A stretch of DNA of 64,000 bases from an uncultured Lentisphaerota bacterium (GTDB taxonomy: Bacteria > Verrucomicrobiota > Kiritimatiellia > RFP12 > UBA1067), in NCBI GenBank assembly GCA_946413265.1, contig CAMKJU010000011.1, positions 340 through 64,339 on the forward strand. Reading direction: 5' to 3'. Below are positions 51,694-61,258 of the stretch, piece after piece. Within the stretch, counting starts at the first letter, position 1, and every line of letters begins with the position of its first letter. A model generated the notes under the pieces. It did not search any database, was not told the origin of the DNA, and worked only from the letters and a program-made list of their open reading frames with translations. Both the position numbers and the translations under genes were made by a program.

Positions 51694-54600
51694 GATCGTA
51701 GTAACCGTGCTGCTGCTTGTCGCCGGAACGGCCGGTGGCACCCCTGACTTCGTTATCGTGTCGCCACCAGATCTCCACGCCGCGTGGGAGGTCTACGCCG
51801 GGCGGCGACACGCGGCGCGGCCTGATCTCGACATCGCGGTGACGGGGACGGACGCCATCTACGCGGCGCATCCGTTCGGCCCCGGGCTCCCCTGCCGCAA
51901 TGCGGCGGAGTCCGTACACGCCTACATCCACGAAGCGGCGCAGGCGGGCACTACGCACTTCCTGCTGGGCGGGATGTGGCTCGACGCGCGCGCCGGTGAC
52001 ACCAACGAGCTCTATTTTGCTACGGGTGAGCGTCTGTCCCTCTCCAACTGCGTACCCGGCATCTGCGCGCTTCCGTATGCGGGCACGGACAGCAAGGGCG
52101 GCGACATCCCGTCTGATCTGTATTACGGCTGCCTCGGCGATCCCGCGAACGGCATCGTCCATCCCTGGGATCCTTCGGGCGACGGCGTCTATCTCTCCGC
52201 GGACGAATTCGCGTCGTGCGACTACGTGCCGGACGTGGCCGTTGGACGCTTTGCGGCCGTGCCCTACGCCTACGGCGGAGCGGCTGCGCAGTCGCCGAGC
52301 GAACTGGTGCTGGCCTACGCGGACAAAGTGGCACGCGGCACGCAGTCATCCTTTTCTGGCTTGCACCGCGTGGGCGTGGCCAGCGGCAAAATGGTCCGCA
52401 CGTATGCGTCCGGCAGCCGCGACCTCGGATATGCGGGGAAGGAAATCTGCTTCTACGACGACGTGTCGAACCTGTGGGACCCCGCGCACCCCAATCCCGT
52501 CGCCGACACCGAATGCGCCATCCGCGAGATGTTCCGCACCGTAATCGCATCCAACTGGCCGGTGCTGGACGTCGAGGCTGTGCATGGGACGGGGCCAGCC
52601 TTCGCCGCGCGGTATCCCAACATGTCATCCGCCCTGACCGCCTTTTTCGCGAACGACATGCTCTGCGCGACCTGCCGTTCACACGGTTCGGCCACGGCCA
52701 CGACCGGCGTCAACCTCACGCTCAATCGCTATGCGAAGGCGACGGGATTGACGCTCTTCGGCGACTTCTGCATGCCGTGCCTCACCGGATCGGTCGATCA
52801 GAAACAGCTTGAAGGAGGACGCATGATCGTCCTGCCGTCGTTGGGCATCGCGGCCACGTGTTCGCCCGTGGGTGGTTTTCTGGCGAGTGTACACAATTCC
52901 CGCTACGGGTGGACGTCGGAGTTCGACAGTAATGTCGTGGCGGACGGTTTTTCGGGTTCACTGTCCCAGTTTCTGACCCGCCGTCTCTTCGTCAACGGTG
53001 ACGCCTCCATCGGACTTGCCCACCTCCACGCACGCCAGGAATACGTGGCGGCCTACCCAATGACGAGCATGCGCGTCTACGCGCTTTGCGAGCAGATGCT
53101 CTACGGCGATCCCACGCTTGGCTTGCCGACGGTGGTGAAGACACGCACGTGGGCAGGCGATCTGAGCGTCACGGAGGACGTCGCCGCCGTGTCGGCTACG
53201 TTCACCGCCGATGCGGTCGTTACGGGAACAGGCCGTTTGAAAGTCATGGACGTACTCTCCTGCCACGGGACGAATCTGACGCTTTCCGTTCCCGGCGGCG
53301 TTGGACGCATCGTGGCGTTCACGGGTTCCGAACCGGGCGCGTTGACGCTTTCCGGCACACCGTTCTATCTGGGCGGAATCACCAACTGCGCATCGGTCGC
53401 GCTGCGCGGCGGGGGAAAGACCTGCGACGTCACGCGCACGGATGGTGCGCTCACCATCCTGACGGCCGATGGTAGCGGCACACCGAACGCGACGAATATC
53501 CTGCGAGGCATAGGCAACATACCATTCATTGCGGTGACGAATGCGGCGTTGCGTCTCGCTCCCGGCCCGCAGTGGGCTTTGTCCGGCGCCGCACAGCGCC
53601 TGACGAATCGGATCGCCCTTGCATCCGCGACGCTTGCGGTGGATGCTGAAACGTCTGTTGTTTTCGGTATGCGCGACGGTACGGGACTTCATCCGTTCCA
53701 TCTCGACGTCGACGGGGCGTGCGCACTCGTGCCCGCGACGGCGGAGGCGTCGGCGGGATTGGTCGGGACAACTTGGGTGGAACTGGCTGAAGATGCGGAA
53801 CTTGCGATGGACTTGCCGCTGTACGATGCTGACGTTGGGGGGATTGTCTTCTCGGGACCCGGCGCGGCGAACGCGTCGGTACGGGCGCTCGCGGGAACGG
53901 TCGAGGTACGTGACGGCGCGGCGCTTGTTCTGGAGACGGTGCCGCTGCCCGCCGTGACGGCGCTTGTCGTGCGCGCGGGGGCCACCCTTCGGGTTCCGTC
54001 TGATGCCACGGGCCTCCACATGGTGCTGGTGGGCACGGGTCGGTTGGTCGTCGAGGAAGGGGGCGTGGTCGAGGACCTTGCCGGAAACGTGCTCGCGGGG
54101 CGTGCGATGAACGGCATGTTCTTCGAACCGGGGGCCGCGCTGTGCTGGCGCGGCGGCGCGGGGGCGTGGTCGGACGCGCACGGCTGGTACGACGTCGTGA
54201 CGGGCGTGTCGGGGGCATGGATGGACGGCCGGATCGCGGTGTTCGCGGATGCTGCCGACGTGACGAACGACTGTGCGGATGCTGCCGTGAAGGGGTTCAT
54301 GTTCGGCGCGGACGTGTCGGTGTCGGGTGCGGGAATCCACCTGGCGACGGGTTTCGTGGAGGTGCCGTCCAACACGACCGTGACCATCTCCGCGCCGCTC
54401 GCGAGTGCCGACGACCTCGTGAAGGCGGGGGAGGGTACGCTCGTCCTGCGTGGAACACAGGCGCTCGCGGGCGGAATCGTCGCGCGGGCGGGGGTGTTGG
54501 AGTTGGACGGCCTGGACGCGCCGTCGGCCACGAACCTTGCGGCAGAGGCGGGCTCGTCGCTCGTGCTGCGCGGAGACTCGGTCTTGCCGCATGCTTCTGC

Positions 54601-55714
54601 GCGCCGCACGCTGGCGGTCGGGACGTTGCGTCGGGCGACGGAAGACCCCGCGTCGCTCGACGTGGAGGCGTTCGTGCCGGTCAGTCGGTTTGTCGTGCCC
54701 GACGGCGTGACGATTCGCGCGGCGGCCGACTACGGACTTTGGAAGATGACCGTCAACGGACGTCTTGAATGCCGCACGACACCGTCGATGTGCATCAACT
54801 CGTGGATTGATGGTACGGGCACGGTGTGCACGGTGGGACTGTGGACGGATACGACGGCGTATGCGCGGTTCAGCTTCTGCCGCGTGGAGATGGCGGCGGG
54901 TGCGTTCCAGGTGCTGGGGAGTCCGGGCGCGGGCGTTCAGAGCCGCTATTCGAAGAACTTCCTCTTCGACGGCGTGACGTTCGTGCCCGTCGGCGGGGAC
55001 GTACACGTGACGAACTCGGATTTGCCGGAAGGGCTCGTGTCGATGTGCGTCAACACGAACGGCGTCGTGTTCGACACGTTTGACGTGTCGTCAGCATGCG
55101 GACGCACTGTCTTCTTCGATGACCCGGGCGCGGCGAACCTCTTCTTCTGGGGACCGGGCGACGTGACGAAGATCGGTGCGGGCGCGGTGCGGTTCACGGA
55201 GACGGTGGACGAGCACGAAGGTCGCACGATCGTGCAGGTCGGGACGTACGAGGTGTCGACTTGGTCGTTCTCGTCGGGTTTCGTCGTGACGGGTGCGGGC
55301 TCGACGGCCGCGCTTTCGTGTGCGGCCTACGAAGGGGACGTTTCCGTGGGGGCGGGCGGCGTGTTCGACTTGTCTGCCCCCGCCGTGACCGTGGTCGCGA
55401 CGACGAACCTCCAGCTGGCGGCCGGTGCCGTGCTGAAGGTGTGCGTGACGGCGGACGGCTGCGACCTCGTCGACGCGCGCGAAGGGACGTGCGAGCTGCC
55501 GATTGACGGCGAGGTGGTGCTGGACGTGACGGTGCGGCCCGACACGCCGCCGGGACTCTACGCGGTGCTGGCTTCTTCTCACGCGCTGCCCGAATGCTGG
55601 GCAGGCCGGTTCACAACGCCGGGCAGACAGCAGGCCGAATTGGTCTTTGCCGCCGACCGCACCATCCTCTGCGTGCGCGTGCGCCGCCCCGGCACGGTCC
55701 TGATCCTCCGTTGA
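51683..55714 (+). CDS. large secreted protein: peptidase C25 (gingipain)-like N-terminal domain plus autotransporter-associated beta-strand (PATR)-like repeats
   Basis: 1343 aa with a signal peptide. C25-like layout: DFVIVSPPDLHAAWEVYAGRR..., SVHAYIHEAAQAGTTHFLLGG, DVAVGRF, candidate His (RSHGS) and Cys (FGDFCMPC). PATR-like AGEGTLVLRGTQALAGGIVARAGVLELDG. The start overlaps the AAA+ gene by 11 nt. Confidence 0.55.
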   Translation: MKTRIVVTVLLLVAGTAGGTPDFVIVSPPDLHAAWEVYAGRRHAARPDLDIAVTGTDAIYAAHPFGPGLPCRNAAESVHAYIHEAAQAGTTHFLLGGMWLDARAGDTNELYFATGERLSLSNCVPGICALPYAGTDSKGGDIPSDLYYGCLGDPANGIVHPWDPSGDGVYLSADEFASCDYVPDVAVGRFAAVPYAYGGAAAQSPSELVLAYADKVARGTQSSFSGLHRVGVASGKMVRTYASGSRDLGYAGKEICFYDDVSNLWDPAHPNPVADTECAIREMFRTVIASNWPVLDVEAVHGTGPAFAARYPNMSSALTAFFANDMLCATCRSHGSATATTGVNLTLNRYAKATGLTLFGDFCMPCLTGSVDQKQLEGGRMIVLPSLGIAATCSPVGGFLASVHNSRYGWTSEFDSNVVADGFSGSLSQFLTRRLFVNGDASIGLAHLHARQEYVAAYPMTSMRVYALCEQMLYGDPTLGLPTVVKTRTWAGDLSVTEDVAAVSATFTADAVVTGTGRLKVMDVLSCHGTNLTLSVPGGVGRIVAFTGSEPGALTLSGTPFYLGGITNCASVALRGGGKTCDVTRTDGALTILTADGSGTPNATNILRGIGNIPFIAVTNAALRLAPGPQWALSGAAQRLTNRIALASATLAVDAETSVVFGMRDGTGLHPFHLDVDGACALVPATAEASAGLVGTTWVELAEDAELAMDLPLYDADVGGIVFSGPGAANASVRALAGTVEVRDGAALVLETVPLPAVTALVVRAGATLRVPSDATGLHMVLVGTGRLVVEEGGVVEDLAGNVLAGRAMNGMFFEPGAALCWRGGAGAWSDAHGWYDVVTGVSGAWMDGRIAVFADAADVTNDCADAAVKGFMFGADVSVSGAGIHLATGFVEVPSNTTVTISAPLASADDLVKAGEGTLVLRGTQALAGGIVARAGVLELDGLDAPSATNLAAEAGSSLVLRGDSVLPHASARRTLAVGTLRRATEDPASLDVEAFVPVSRFVVPDGVTIRAAADYGLWKMTVNGRLECRTTPSMCINSWIDGTGTVCTVGLWTDTTAYARFSFCRVEMAAGAFQVLGSPGAGVQSRYSKNFLFDGVTFVPVGGDVHVTNSDLPEGLVSMCVNTNGVVFDTFDVSSACGRTVFFDDPGAANLFFWGPGDVTKIGAGAVRFTETVDEHEGRTIVQVGTYEVSTWSFSSGFVVTGAGSTAALSCAAYEGDVSVGAGGVFDLSAPAVTVVATTNLQLAAGAVLKVCVTADGCDLVDAREGTCELPIDGEVVLDVTVRPDTPPGLYAVLASSHALPECWAGRFTTPGRQQAELVFAADRTILCVRVRRPGTVLILR

Positions 55715-55749
55715 GGACACATCTGGTTTTCACCCAAACGCATTGAGGT

Positions 55750-55940
55750 GGGAAACAACCAGAACAACTAGAAAAAACAACTTTGAAGAGGTGCGCGGGC
55801 TAACTCGCCCGCGCGTCTATCCGTTTGGTTTTGCAAAAATCTTGATATAATTGTATCGTTTTGGATTGGACCATGGGCACGGGCGAGTTAGCCCGTGCGC
55901 CAAAGGCGGATTGTTTTAAATAGTTGTTTCCAAACAACAG
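55750..55940. repeat. about 190-bp imperfect palindromic element containing two GC-rich mirror hairpins
   Basis: gcgcgggc-taactc-gcccgcgc (55793-55814) and gcacgggc-gagtta-gcccgtgc (55877-55898) are reverse complements of each other. The outer arms ggaaacaac...aacaacta (55751-) and tagttgtttcc (-55931) also pair. The centre is AT-rich. Confidence 0.5.
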
Positions 55941-55997
55941 AAGGCTCGGCGGTGAATTTCGCAAATGCGCCTGTTTGAACTCCACGGGCCGGGGAAT

Positions 55998-56008
55998 TGT
56001 GGTATACT
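55998..56008 (+). promoter_or_regulatory. extended -10-like promoter element TGTGGTATACT upstream of fhs
   Basis: ttgtggtatacta lies 26 nt before the ATG at 56035. The 13-mer is identical to the one upstream of alaS. Confidence 0.35.
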
Positions 56009-56034
56009 AATGGCCTTTCCAAAAAGAGGTGCCT

Positions 56035-57801
56035 ATGAAACTTGATCCGACGAAGATGAAAGACTGGGAAATCGCCGAGGCGGCGGAAGAGACGCTGCGC
56101 CCGGCGGCGGAGCTCGCGGCCGAACTCGGCCTGGAGTCCGGCGAATGGACGCCCTACGGCGACGTGCTTGCCAAGGTGGACGTGACGAAGGTGCTGAAGC
56201 GCCTTGGCGAGAAGAAGCGCGCGAAGTACATCGACGTGACGGCGATCACGCCGACCGCGCTTGGCGAGGGCAAGACCACCACTACGCTCGGCCTCGTGGA
56301 GGGGCTGGGGCGCCTCGGCAAGAAGGTGATCGGCTGCGTGCGCCAGCCGTCGGGCGGCCCCACGTTCAACATCAAGGGCAGCGCGGCGGGCGGCGGCCTC
56401 GCGCAGGTCGTGCCGCTCACGAACCTCTCGCTCGGCCTCACCGGCGACATCGACGCGATCACGAACGCGAACAACCTCGCGATGGTGGCGCTCAACAGCC
56501 GCATGCAGCACGAGCGCAACCACGACGACGCCTGGCTCGCCGCGCGCGGGCTGAAGCGCCTTGACATCGATCCCGAGCGCGTGCAGCTGCGCTGGGCGAT
56601 CGACTTCTGCGCGCAGGGTCTGCGCAACGTGGAGATCGGCCTCGGCGGTGGCGCGCTCGACGGTTTTCAGATGAAGAGCGGCTTCTACATCACCGTCGCG
56701 AGCGAAGTGATGGCGATCCTCGCCATGTCCGCCGACCTCGCCGACCTCCGCAAGCGCCTCTCGAAGATCGTGGTGGCCTACGCGAAGGACGGCAAGCCCG
56801 TCACGACCGCCGACCTCGAGGTGGACGGCGCGATGTGCGCGCTCCTCGTGAACGCGATCAAGCCCACGCTCATGCAGTCCGTCGAGGGACAGCCCGTGTT
56901 CGTGCACGCGGGCCCGTTCGCGAACATCGCGATCGGACAGAACAGCGTGGTGGCGGACCGCCTCGCCTGCGCGCTCGGCGACTACGTCGTCACGGAGAGC
57001 GGATTCGCAAGTGACATGGGCTACGAGAAGTTCTGGAACATCAAGTGCCGCTGCTCGGGCCTGAAGCCCGACGCCGTCGTGCTCGTCGCGACCGTCCGCG
57101 CCCTCAAGGCGCACGGCGGCGCGCCCGCCGTGAAGGCCGGCCTTCCGCTCGACCCCGTCTACACGCACGAGAACCTGGAGCTGCTCGAGAAGGGCTGCGA
57201 CAACCTGCTCGCGCACATCGACATCATCCGCCGCAGCGGCGTGCAGCCGGTCGTGTGCCTCAACGCGTTCTACACCGATACGCCCGCCGAGCGCGACCTC
57301 GTGCGCCGCGTGGCTGAAGGCGCCGGCGCGCGCTTCGCCGTGAGCGACCACTGGCTGAAGGGCGGCGAGGGCGCGCTGGACCTCGCGAACGCCGTGATTG
57401 CCGCGTGCGACGAGCCGAACGAGTTCGCCTTCCTCTGCGACCTCGACGAACCGCTCGCCGACCGCATCGAGAAGCAGGTGAAGGAAGTGTACGGCGGCGA
57501 CGGCGTGGACTACACGCCTGAGGCCGCGCAGAAGCTCGCCGCCTACCAGGCGGATCCCGAGACGGCGCGCCTCCCCGTGTGCATCGCGAAGACCCAATAC
57601 TCCCTCTCGCACGACCCGAAGCTGCTTGGACGCCCGAAGGGATGGCGTCTGCCGGTGAAGGACGTCCTGATCTACCGCGGCGCGGGACTGCTCGTGCCCG
57701 TCGCGGGCGAGATCAAGCTCATGCCCGGAACCTCCGCCTCGCCGGCCTACCGCCGCATCGACGTGGACGTGGAGACCGGACACGTGAAGGGCCTCTTCTG
57801 A
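56035..57801 (+). CDS. fhs: formate--tetrahydrofolate ligase
   Basis: 588 aa from the ATG at 56035 (RBS aagagg). TPTALGEGKTTTTLGL, PSGGPTFNIKGSAAGGG, VHAGPFANIAIGQNSV and CIAKTQYSLSHDP. Confidence 0.95.
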   Translation: MKLDPTKMKDWEIAEAAEETLRPAAELAAELGLESGEWTPYGDVLAKVDVTKVLKRLGEKKRAKYIDVTAITPTALGEGKTTTTLGLVEGLGRLGKKVIGCVRQPSGGPTFNIKGSAAGGGLAQVVPLTNLSLGLTGDIDAITNANNLAMVALNSRMQHERNHDDAWLAARGLKRLDIDPERVQLRWAIDFCAQGLRNVEIGLGGGALDGFQMKSGFYITVASEVMAILAMSADLADLRKRLSKIVVAYAKDGKPVTTADLEVDGAMCALLVNAIKPTLMQSVEGQPVFVHAGPFANIAIGQNSVVADRLACALGDYVVTESGFASDMGYEKFWNIKCRCSGLKPDAVVLVATVRALKAHGGAPAVKAGLPLDPVYTHENLELLEKGCDNLLAHIDIIRRSGVQPVVCLNAFYTDTPAERDLVRRVAEGAGARFAVSDHWLKGGEGALDLANAVIAACDEPNEFAFLCDLDEPLADRIEKQVKEVYGGDGVDYTPEAAQKLAAYQADPETARLPVCIAKTQYSLSHDPKLLGRPKGWRLPVKDVLIYRGAGLLVPVAGEIKLMPGTSASPAYRRIDVDVETGHVKGLF

Positions 57802-59129
57802 TGATGCGAACGGCTGCGTATGCCGTGATGTTCGCCGCTGCGTCTGTCGCAGCGTCCGCGCGGACGCTTGACGTGGCGGAGTATGGGGCGAAGGCGGATG
57901 GCGTCACCGACAACACCGCTGCCATACAGAAGGCGATTGACGAGTGCAGCGCGAAGGGCGGAGGGCGTGTGATTGTGCCCGGCGGCGGCGTCTACGTGAC
58001 CTACACGCTCAATCTCAAGAACAACGTTGAACTGCACATCGACCGAGGCGCAACGCTCATGGGCGGCGAGGATCCGCTGAAGTATCCGCTCTTTGAGAAG
58101 TCCGAGCACTGGAACTCCGAACGTGCGCTGCGTTTCAACCGCCGCGCCATGTTCTACACCGTCGCGCAGACGAACGTGTCCATCACCGGCGCGGGGACGA
58201 TTGACGGCAACAACGAGAAGTTCCACCACTGGGAAAACAAGAAGAACTGGACCGGCTACAACTGGTGGCGCAACAGCCACACGAACGTGACCGGACGGTG
58301 CGTGTTCTTTGTCGCCTGCCGCGACGTGCGCCTCGACGACGTGCTCATCCGCAACCCAGGCGGGTGGGCCACGTGGTTCCTTGACTGCGACCGCGTGGGC
58401 GTGCGCGGCGTGCGCATCGAATGCGACTACCGCTTCCCAAATGGCGACGGGCTGCACATCGGCGGCTGCCGCGACGTGATGGTGTCGGACTGCGTCGTCG
58501 ATGCGCAGGACGACGCGCTCGTCATCCGGACGCATCAGGAGCAGATGAAGAAGTCCAGGCCTTGTGAGCGCGTGATGGTGAACAACTGCGTCCTCCGGTC
58601 CAAAAGGTGCTACGCGATCCGCATGGGCTGGCGCGGGGACGGGCCGATGAAGGACATTTCGCTGAACAACGTCTTATGTCCGCATTCCCGCTGGGGAATT
58701 AGCTTCTTTTACCCAGACGAGACGACGGATTGGGCGAAGCAGAAGGATCCGCCGCGCGGCCAGGGGCTTGAGCCGCCTCCGCCCGAAACGCTGATTCCGT
58801 TCTACGCCGAGAACATCCGTTTCTCGAACGTCCACATCACGTGCGAGGACGAACCGATCTGGCTCAGGGTGGACAAAGGAACGCCGTTCCAGTACATGAA
58901 GGACGTGTCGTTCTCAGACTGCACGTTCAGGAGCGGCTTCCCCCCGCACGTCGACGTGTTCGCCGGGCACAAGGGGCACTTCTCCAATTGGCGCTTCCAC
59001 AATGTGACGTTCGACTTCAAGCGCATGAGATGGGCGAAGAAACCTTCTGCCGCTGATATCTTCAGGGCCGTTGACGGATTCGAGTTCATCGACACGAAGT
59101 TCTCGCTCTCCGCAAAACCGCGCCGCTAA
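57801..59129 (+). CDS. secreted pectin-lyase-fold glycoside hydrolase (GH28-like)
   Basis: 442 aa with a signal peptide. LDVAEYGAKADGVTDNTAAIQKAIDECSAKGGGRVIVPGG, PNGDGLHIGGC and DAQDDALVI. The ATG overlaps the fhs stop (TGATG). Confidence 0.7.
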   Translation: MMRTAAYAVMFAAASVAASARTLDVAEYGAKADGVTDNTAAIQKAIDECSAKGGGRVIVPGGGVYVTYTLNLKNNVELHIDRGATLMGGEDPLKYPLFEKSEHWNSERALRFNRRAMFYTVAQTNVSITGAGTIDGNNEKFHHWENKKNWTGYNWWRNSHTNVTGRCVFFVACRDVRLDDVLIRNPGGWATWFLDCDRVGVRGVRIECDYRFPNGDGLHIGGCRDVMVSDCVVDAQDDALVIRTHQEQMKKSRPCERVMVNNCVLRSKRCYAIRMGWRGDGPMKDISLNNVLCPHSRWGISFFYPDETTDWAKQKDPPRGQGLEPPPPETLIPFYAENIRFSNVHITCEDEPIWLRVDKGTPFQYMKDVSFSDCTFRSGFPPHVDVFAGHKGHFSNWRFHNVTFDFKRMRWAKKPSAADIFRAVDGFEFIDTKFSLSAKPRR

Positions 59130-59142
59130 CGCAGGACAACCC

Positions 59143-60522
59143 ATGGTCATACATCCACTCGACAACGTTGAAATCCACGAAGACGGCCATAAGTACGCCC
59201 GCCGGGCCATCCGTGCGGGGGAGAACGTGGTCAAGTACGGCATGCCCATCGGGCACGCCACGCGCGACATCGCCCCCGGCGAGCATGTGCATGTACACAA
59301 CGTGGCCACGAATCTCGGCGAGACGCTTGAGTACGCATACGATCCGGATCCTGCCGTGGTGGGGGCGGAAGGAGACAGCAAGCGTACAACAGCAAGGAGG
59401 GACGTACCGACGTTCAAAGGGTTCCGCCATCCTGACGGGCGCGTGGGCGTGCGCAACGACATTTGGATCGTGCCGACCGTCGGCTGCGTGAACAACCTCT
59501 GCGAGCGTCTTGCTGCCAGTTGCGGTGGCATTGCGCTTACGCACCCATACGGCTGTTCGCAGCTCGGCGCGGACCACGAGATGACGGCGAACCTGCTCGC
59601 CGCGCTCTGTCGCCATCCGAATGCGGGCGGCGTGCTCGTGGTGGCCCTCGGCTGCGAAAACAACACGCTCGAGTCGTTCAAGGAGCGCTTGGGCGACGTG
59701 ACATCGCTCAACATTCGCTTTCTGCGCGCGCAGGATCCTGGCGATGAATATGCGCGCGGGCTAGAGCTGATCAGGGAACTGGAGGCGAATCGTCCGACGG
59801 AGCGCGTGGAGATCCCGGTCTCGGAACTTGTGGTGGGCCTCAAGTGCGGCGGAAGCGACGGCTTCTCGGGTCTCACGGCGAATCCGCTCGTGGGCCGGTT
59901 CAGCGACTGGCTCGTTGCGCGCGGCGGTTCCACGATCCTCACGGAGGTGCCGGAGATGTTCGGCGCGGAGACGCTGCTCATGCGTCGTTGCCGCGACCGC
60001 ACCGTGTTCGAGAAGTGCGTGAAGATGATCAACGACTTCAAGGATTATTACGCGCGTCACGGACAGCCCTGCTACGAAAACCCGTCGCCTGGCAACAAGG
60101 CGGGCGGCATCACCACGCTCGAGGACAAGTCGCTTGGCTGCGTGCAGAAGGGCGGCAGCTCGTGCGTGGAGGACGTCCTCGATTATGGCGAGCACGTGAA
60201 GGCGCACGGTCTTTCGCTTCTCACGGGGCCGGGCAACGACCTTGTGGCGTCAACCGTGCTCGCGGCGAGCGGGTGCCACCTCGTGCTCTTCACGACCGGA
60301 CGCGGCACGCCGTTCGGCACGGTCGTGCCGACGATGAAGATCGCCACGAACACGACGCTCGCCACGGCAAAGCCGCACTGGATCGACTGGGACGCGATGG
60401 CGAATCCGGACGTGGAGGCGTTTGCCGCGAAAGTGCTGGAGATCGCGTCCGGCGCGCCGGCGCGCAACGAGGTGGAAAATGCCCGTGGCATTGCAATCTT
60501 CAAGGACGGCGTCACGCTCTAA
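59143..60522 (+). CDS. uxaA: altronate dehydratase / UxaA family hydrolyase
   Basis: 459 aa. SAF N-domain IRAGENVVKYGMPIGHATRDIAPGEHVHVHNV. GVRNDIWIVPTVGCVN, GLKCGGSDGFSG, TTLEDKSLGC and LFTTGRGTP. Confidence 0.85.
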   Translation: MVIHPLDNVEIHEDGHKYARRAIRAGENVVKYGMPIGHATRDIAPGEHVHVHNVATNLGETLEYAYDPDPAVVGAEGDSKRTTARRDVPTFKGFRHPDGRVGVRNDIWIVPTVGCVNNLCERLAASCGGIALTHPYGCSQLGADHEMTANLLAALCRHPNAGGVLVVALGCENNTLESFKERLGDVTSLNIRFLRAQDPGDEYARGLELIRELEANRPTERVEIPVSELVVGLKCGGSDGFSGLTANPLVGRFSDWLVARGGSTILTEVPEMFGAETLLMRRCRDRTVFEKCVKMINDFKDYYARHGQPCYENPSPGNKAGGITTLEDKSLGCVQKGGSSCVEDVLDYGEHVKAHGLSLLTGPGNDLVASTVLAASGCHLVLFTTGRGTPFGTVVPTMKIATNTTLATAKPHWIDWDAMANPDVEAFAAKVLEIASGAPARNEVENARGIAIFKDGVTL

Positions 60523-61258
60523 TCGCAGCGCCTCATCACCAGTCGGGTTCTTTGACAGCGGCGTGGGCGGGTTGTGCGTGCGCGAGGCATTCAGGCGGCG
60601 TATGCCGCACGAGGATACGATTTACATTGCCGATACAGCGCACTGTCCATACGGGAATCGTCCGGCGGCGGAAATCGTGCGTCTCGCGCGCCGGCATGTG
60701 CGCACGCTGCTCGCGCGCGACTGCAAGATGGTGGTGGTGGCCTGCAACACGGCCACGGCGGCGGCGATCGACGTGCTGCGCGCCACATGGCCGGACGTGC
60801 CGTTCGTGGGTATGGAGCCGGCCGTGAAGCCGGCCGTGCTGCGCTCGCGGAGCGGCGTGGTGGGCGTGCTCGCCACGCAGGGGACTTTCAACGGCCGCCT
60901 CTACCGCGAGACGTGTGCGCGTTTCGCGCGCAAGACGACTGTGCTGACGTGCGTGGCGGACGAGTTCGTGACGCTCGTCGAGCGCGGCGAGACGACGGGC
61001 CCGCGCGCCGAAGCCGCGGTGCGCGCGCGCGTGGAACCGCTTCTTGCGGCGGGTGCAGACCACCTCGTGCTCGGCTGCACGCACTTTCCGCATTTGAAGC
61101 CCCTGATCGAGCACGTCGCGGCGGGCCGCGCGAAGGTCGTGGAGCCGTCCGACGCCGTCGCGCGCCAAGCCGAGCGCTTGCTCGCCGCGCGCGGTTTGCT
61201 CAACCCCGCCGGCGGCGTCTCGCACGTCTTCATTCGAACAGACAGGAGAAAAGCATGA
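60491..61258 (+). CDS. murI: glutamate racemase
   Basis: VGFFDSGVGGL, VVACNTATA and LGCTHFPHL. The start is uncertain because no ATG/GTG/TTG lies between the uxaA stop and the FDSG motif. The candidates are TTG at 60491 and GTG at 60485, both overlapping uxaA. Confidence 0.8.
   Translation: MQSSRTASRSNRSASSPVGFFDSGVGGLCVREAFRRRMPHEDTIYIADTAHCPYGNRPAAEIVRLARRHVRTLLARDCKMVVVACNTATAAAIDVLRATWPDVPFVGMEPAVKPAVLRSRSGVVGVLATQGTFNGRLYRETCARFARKTTVLTCVADEFVTLVERGETTGPRAEAAVRARVEPLLAAGADHLVLGCTHFPHLKPLIEHVAAGRAKVVEPSDAVARQAERLLAARGLLNPAGGVSHVFIRTDRRKA

Noticed and set aside
52958..55006. 682-aa ORF on the - strand, plus the many 200-300-aa ORFs in both strands across 52-55.7 kb
   Set aside because: It is antisense or out of frame to the 1343-aa C25-like/PATR ORF. 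The translations are Arg/Pro/His-rich and there is no start context. This is a high-GC artefact.
55888..57783. 631-aa ORF on the - strand
   Set aside because: It is antisense to fhs, which is unambiguous.
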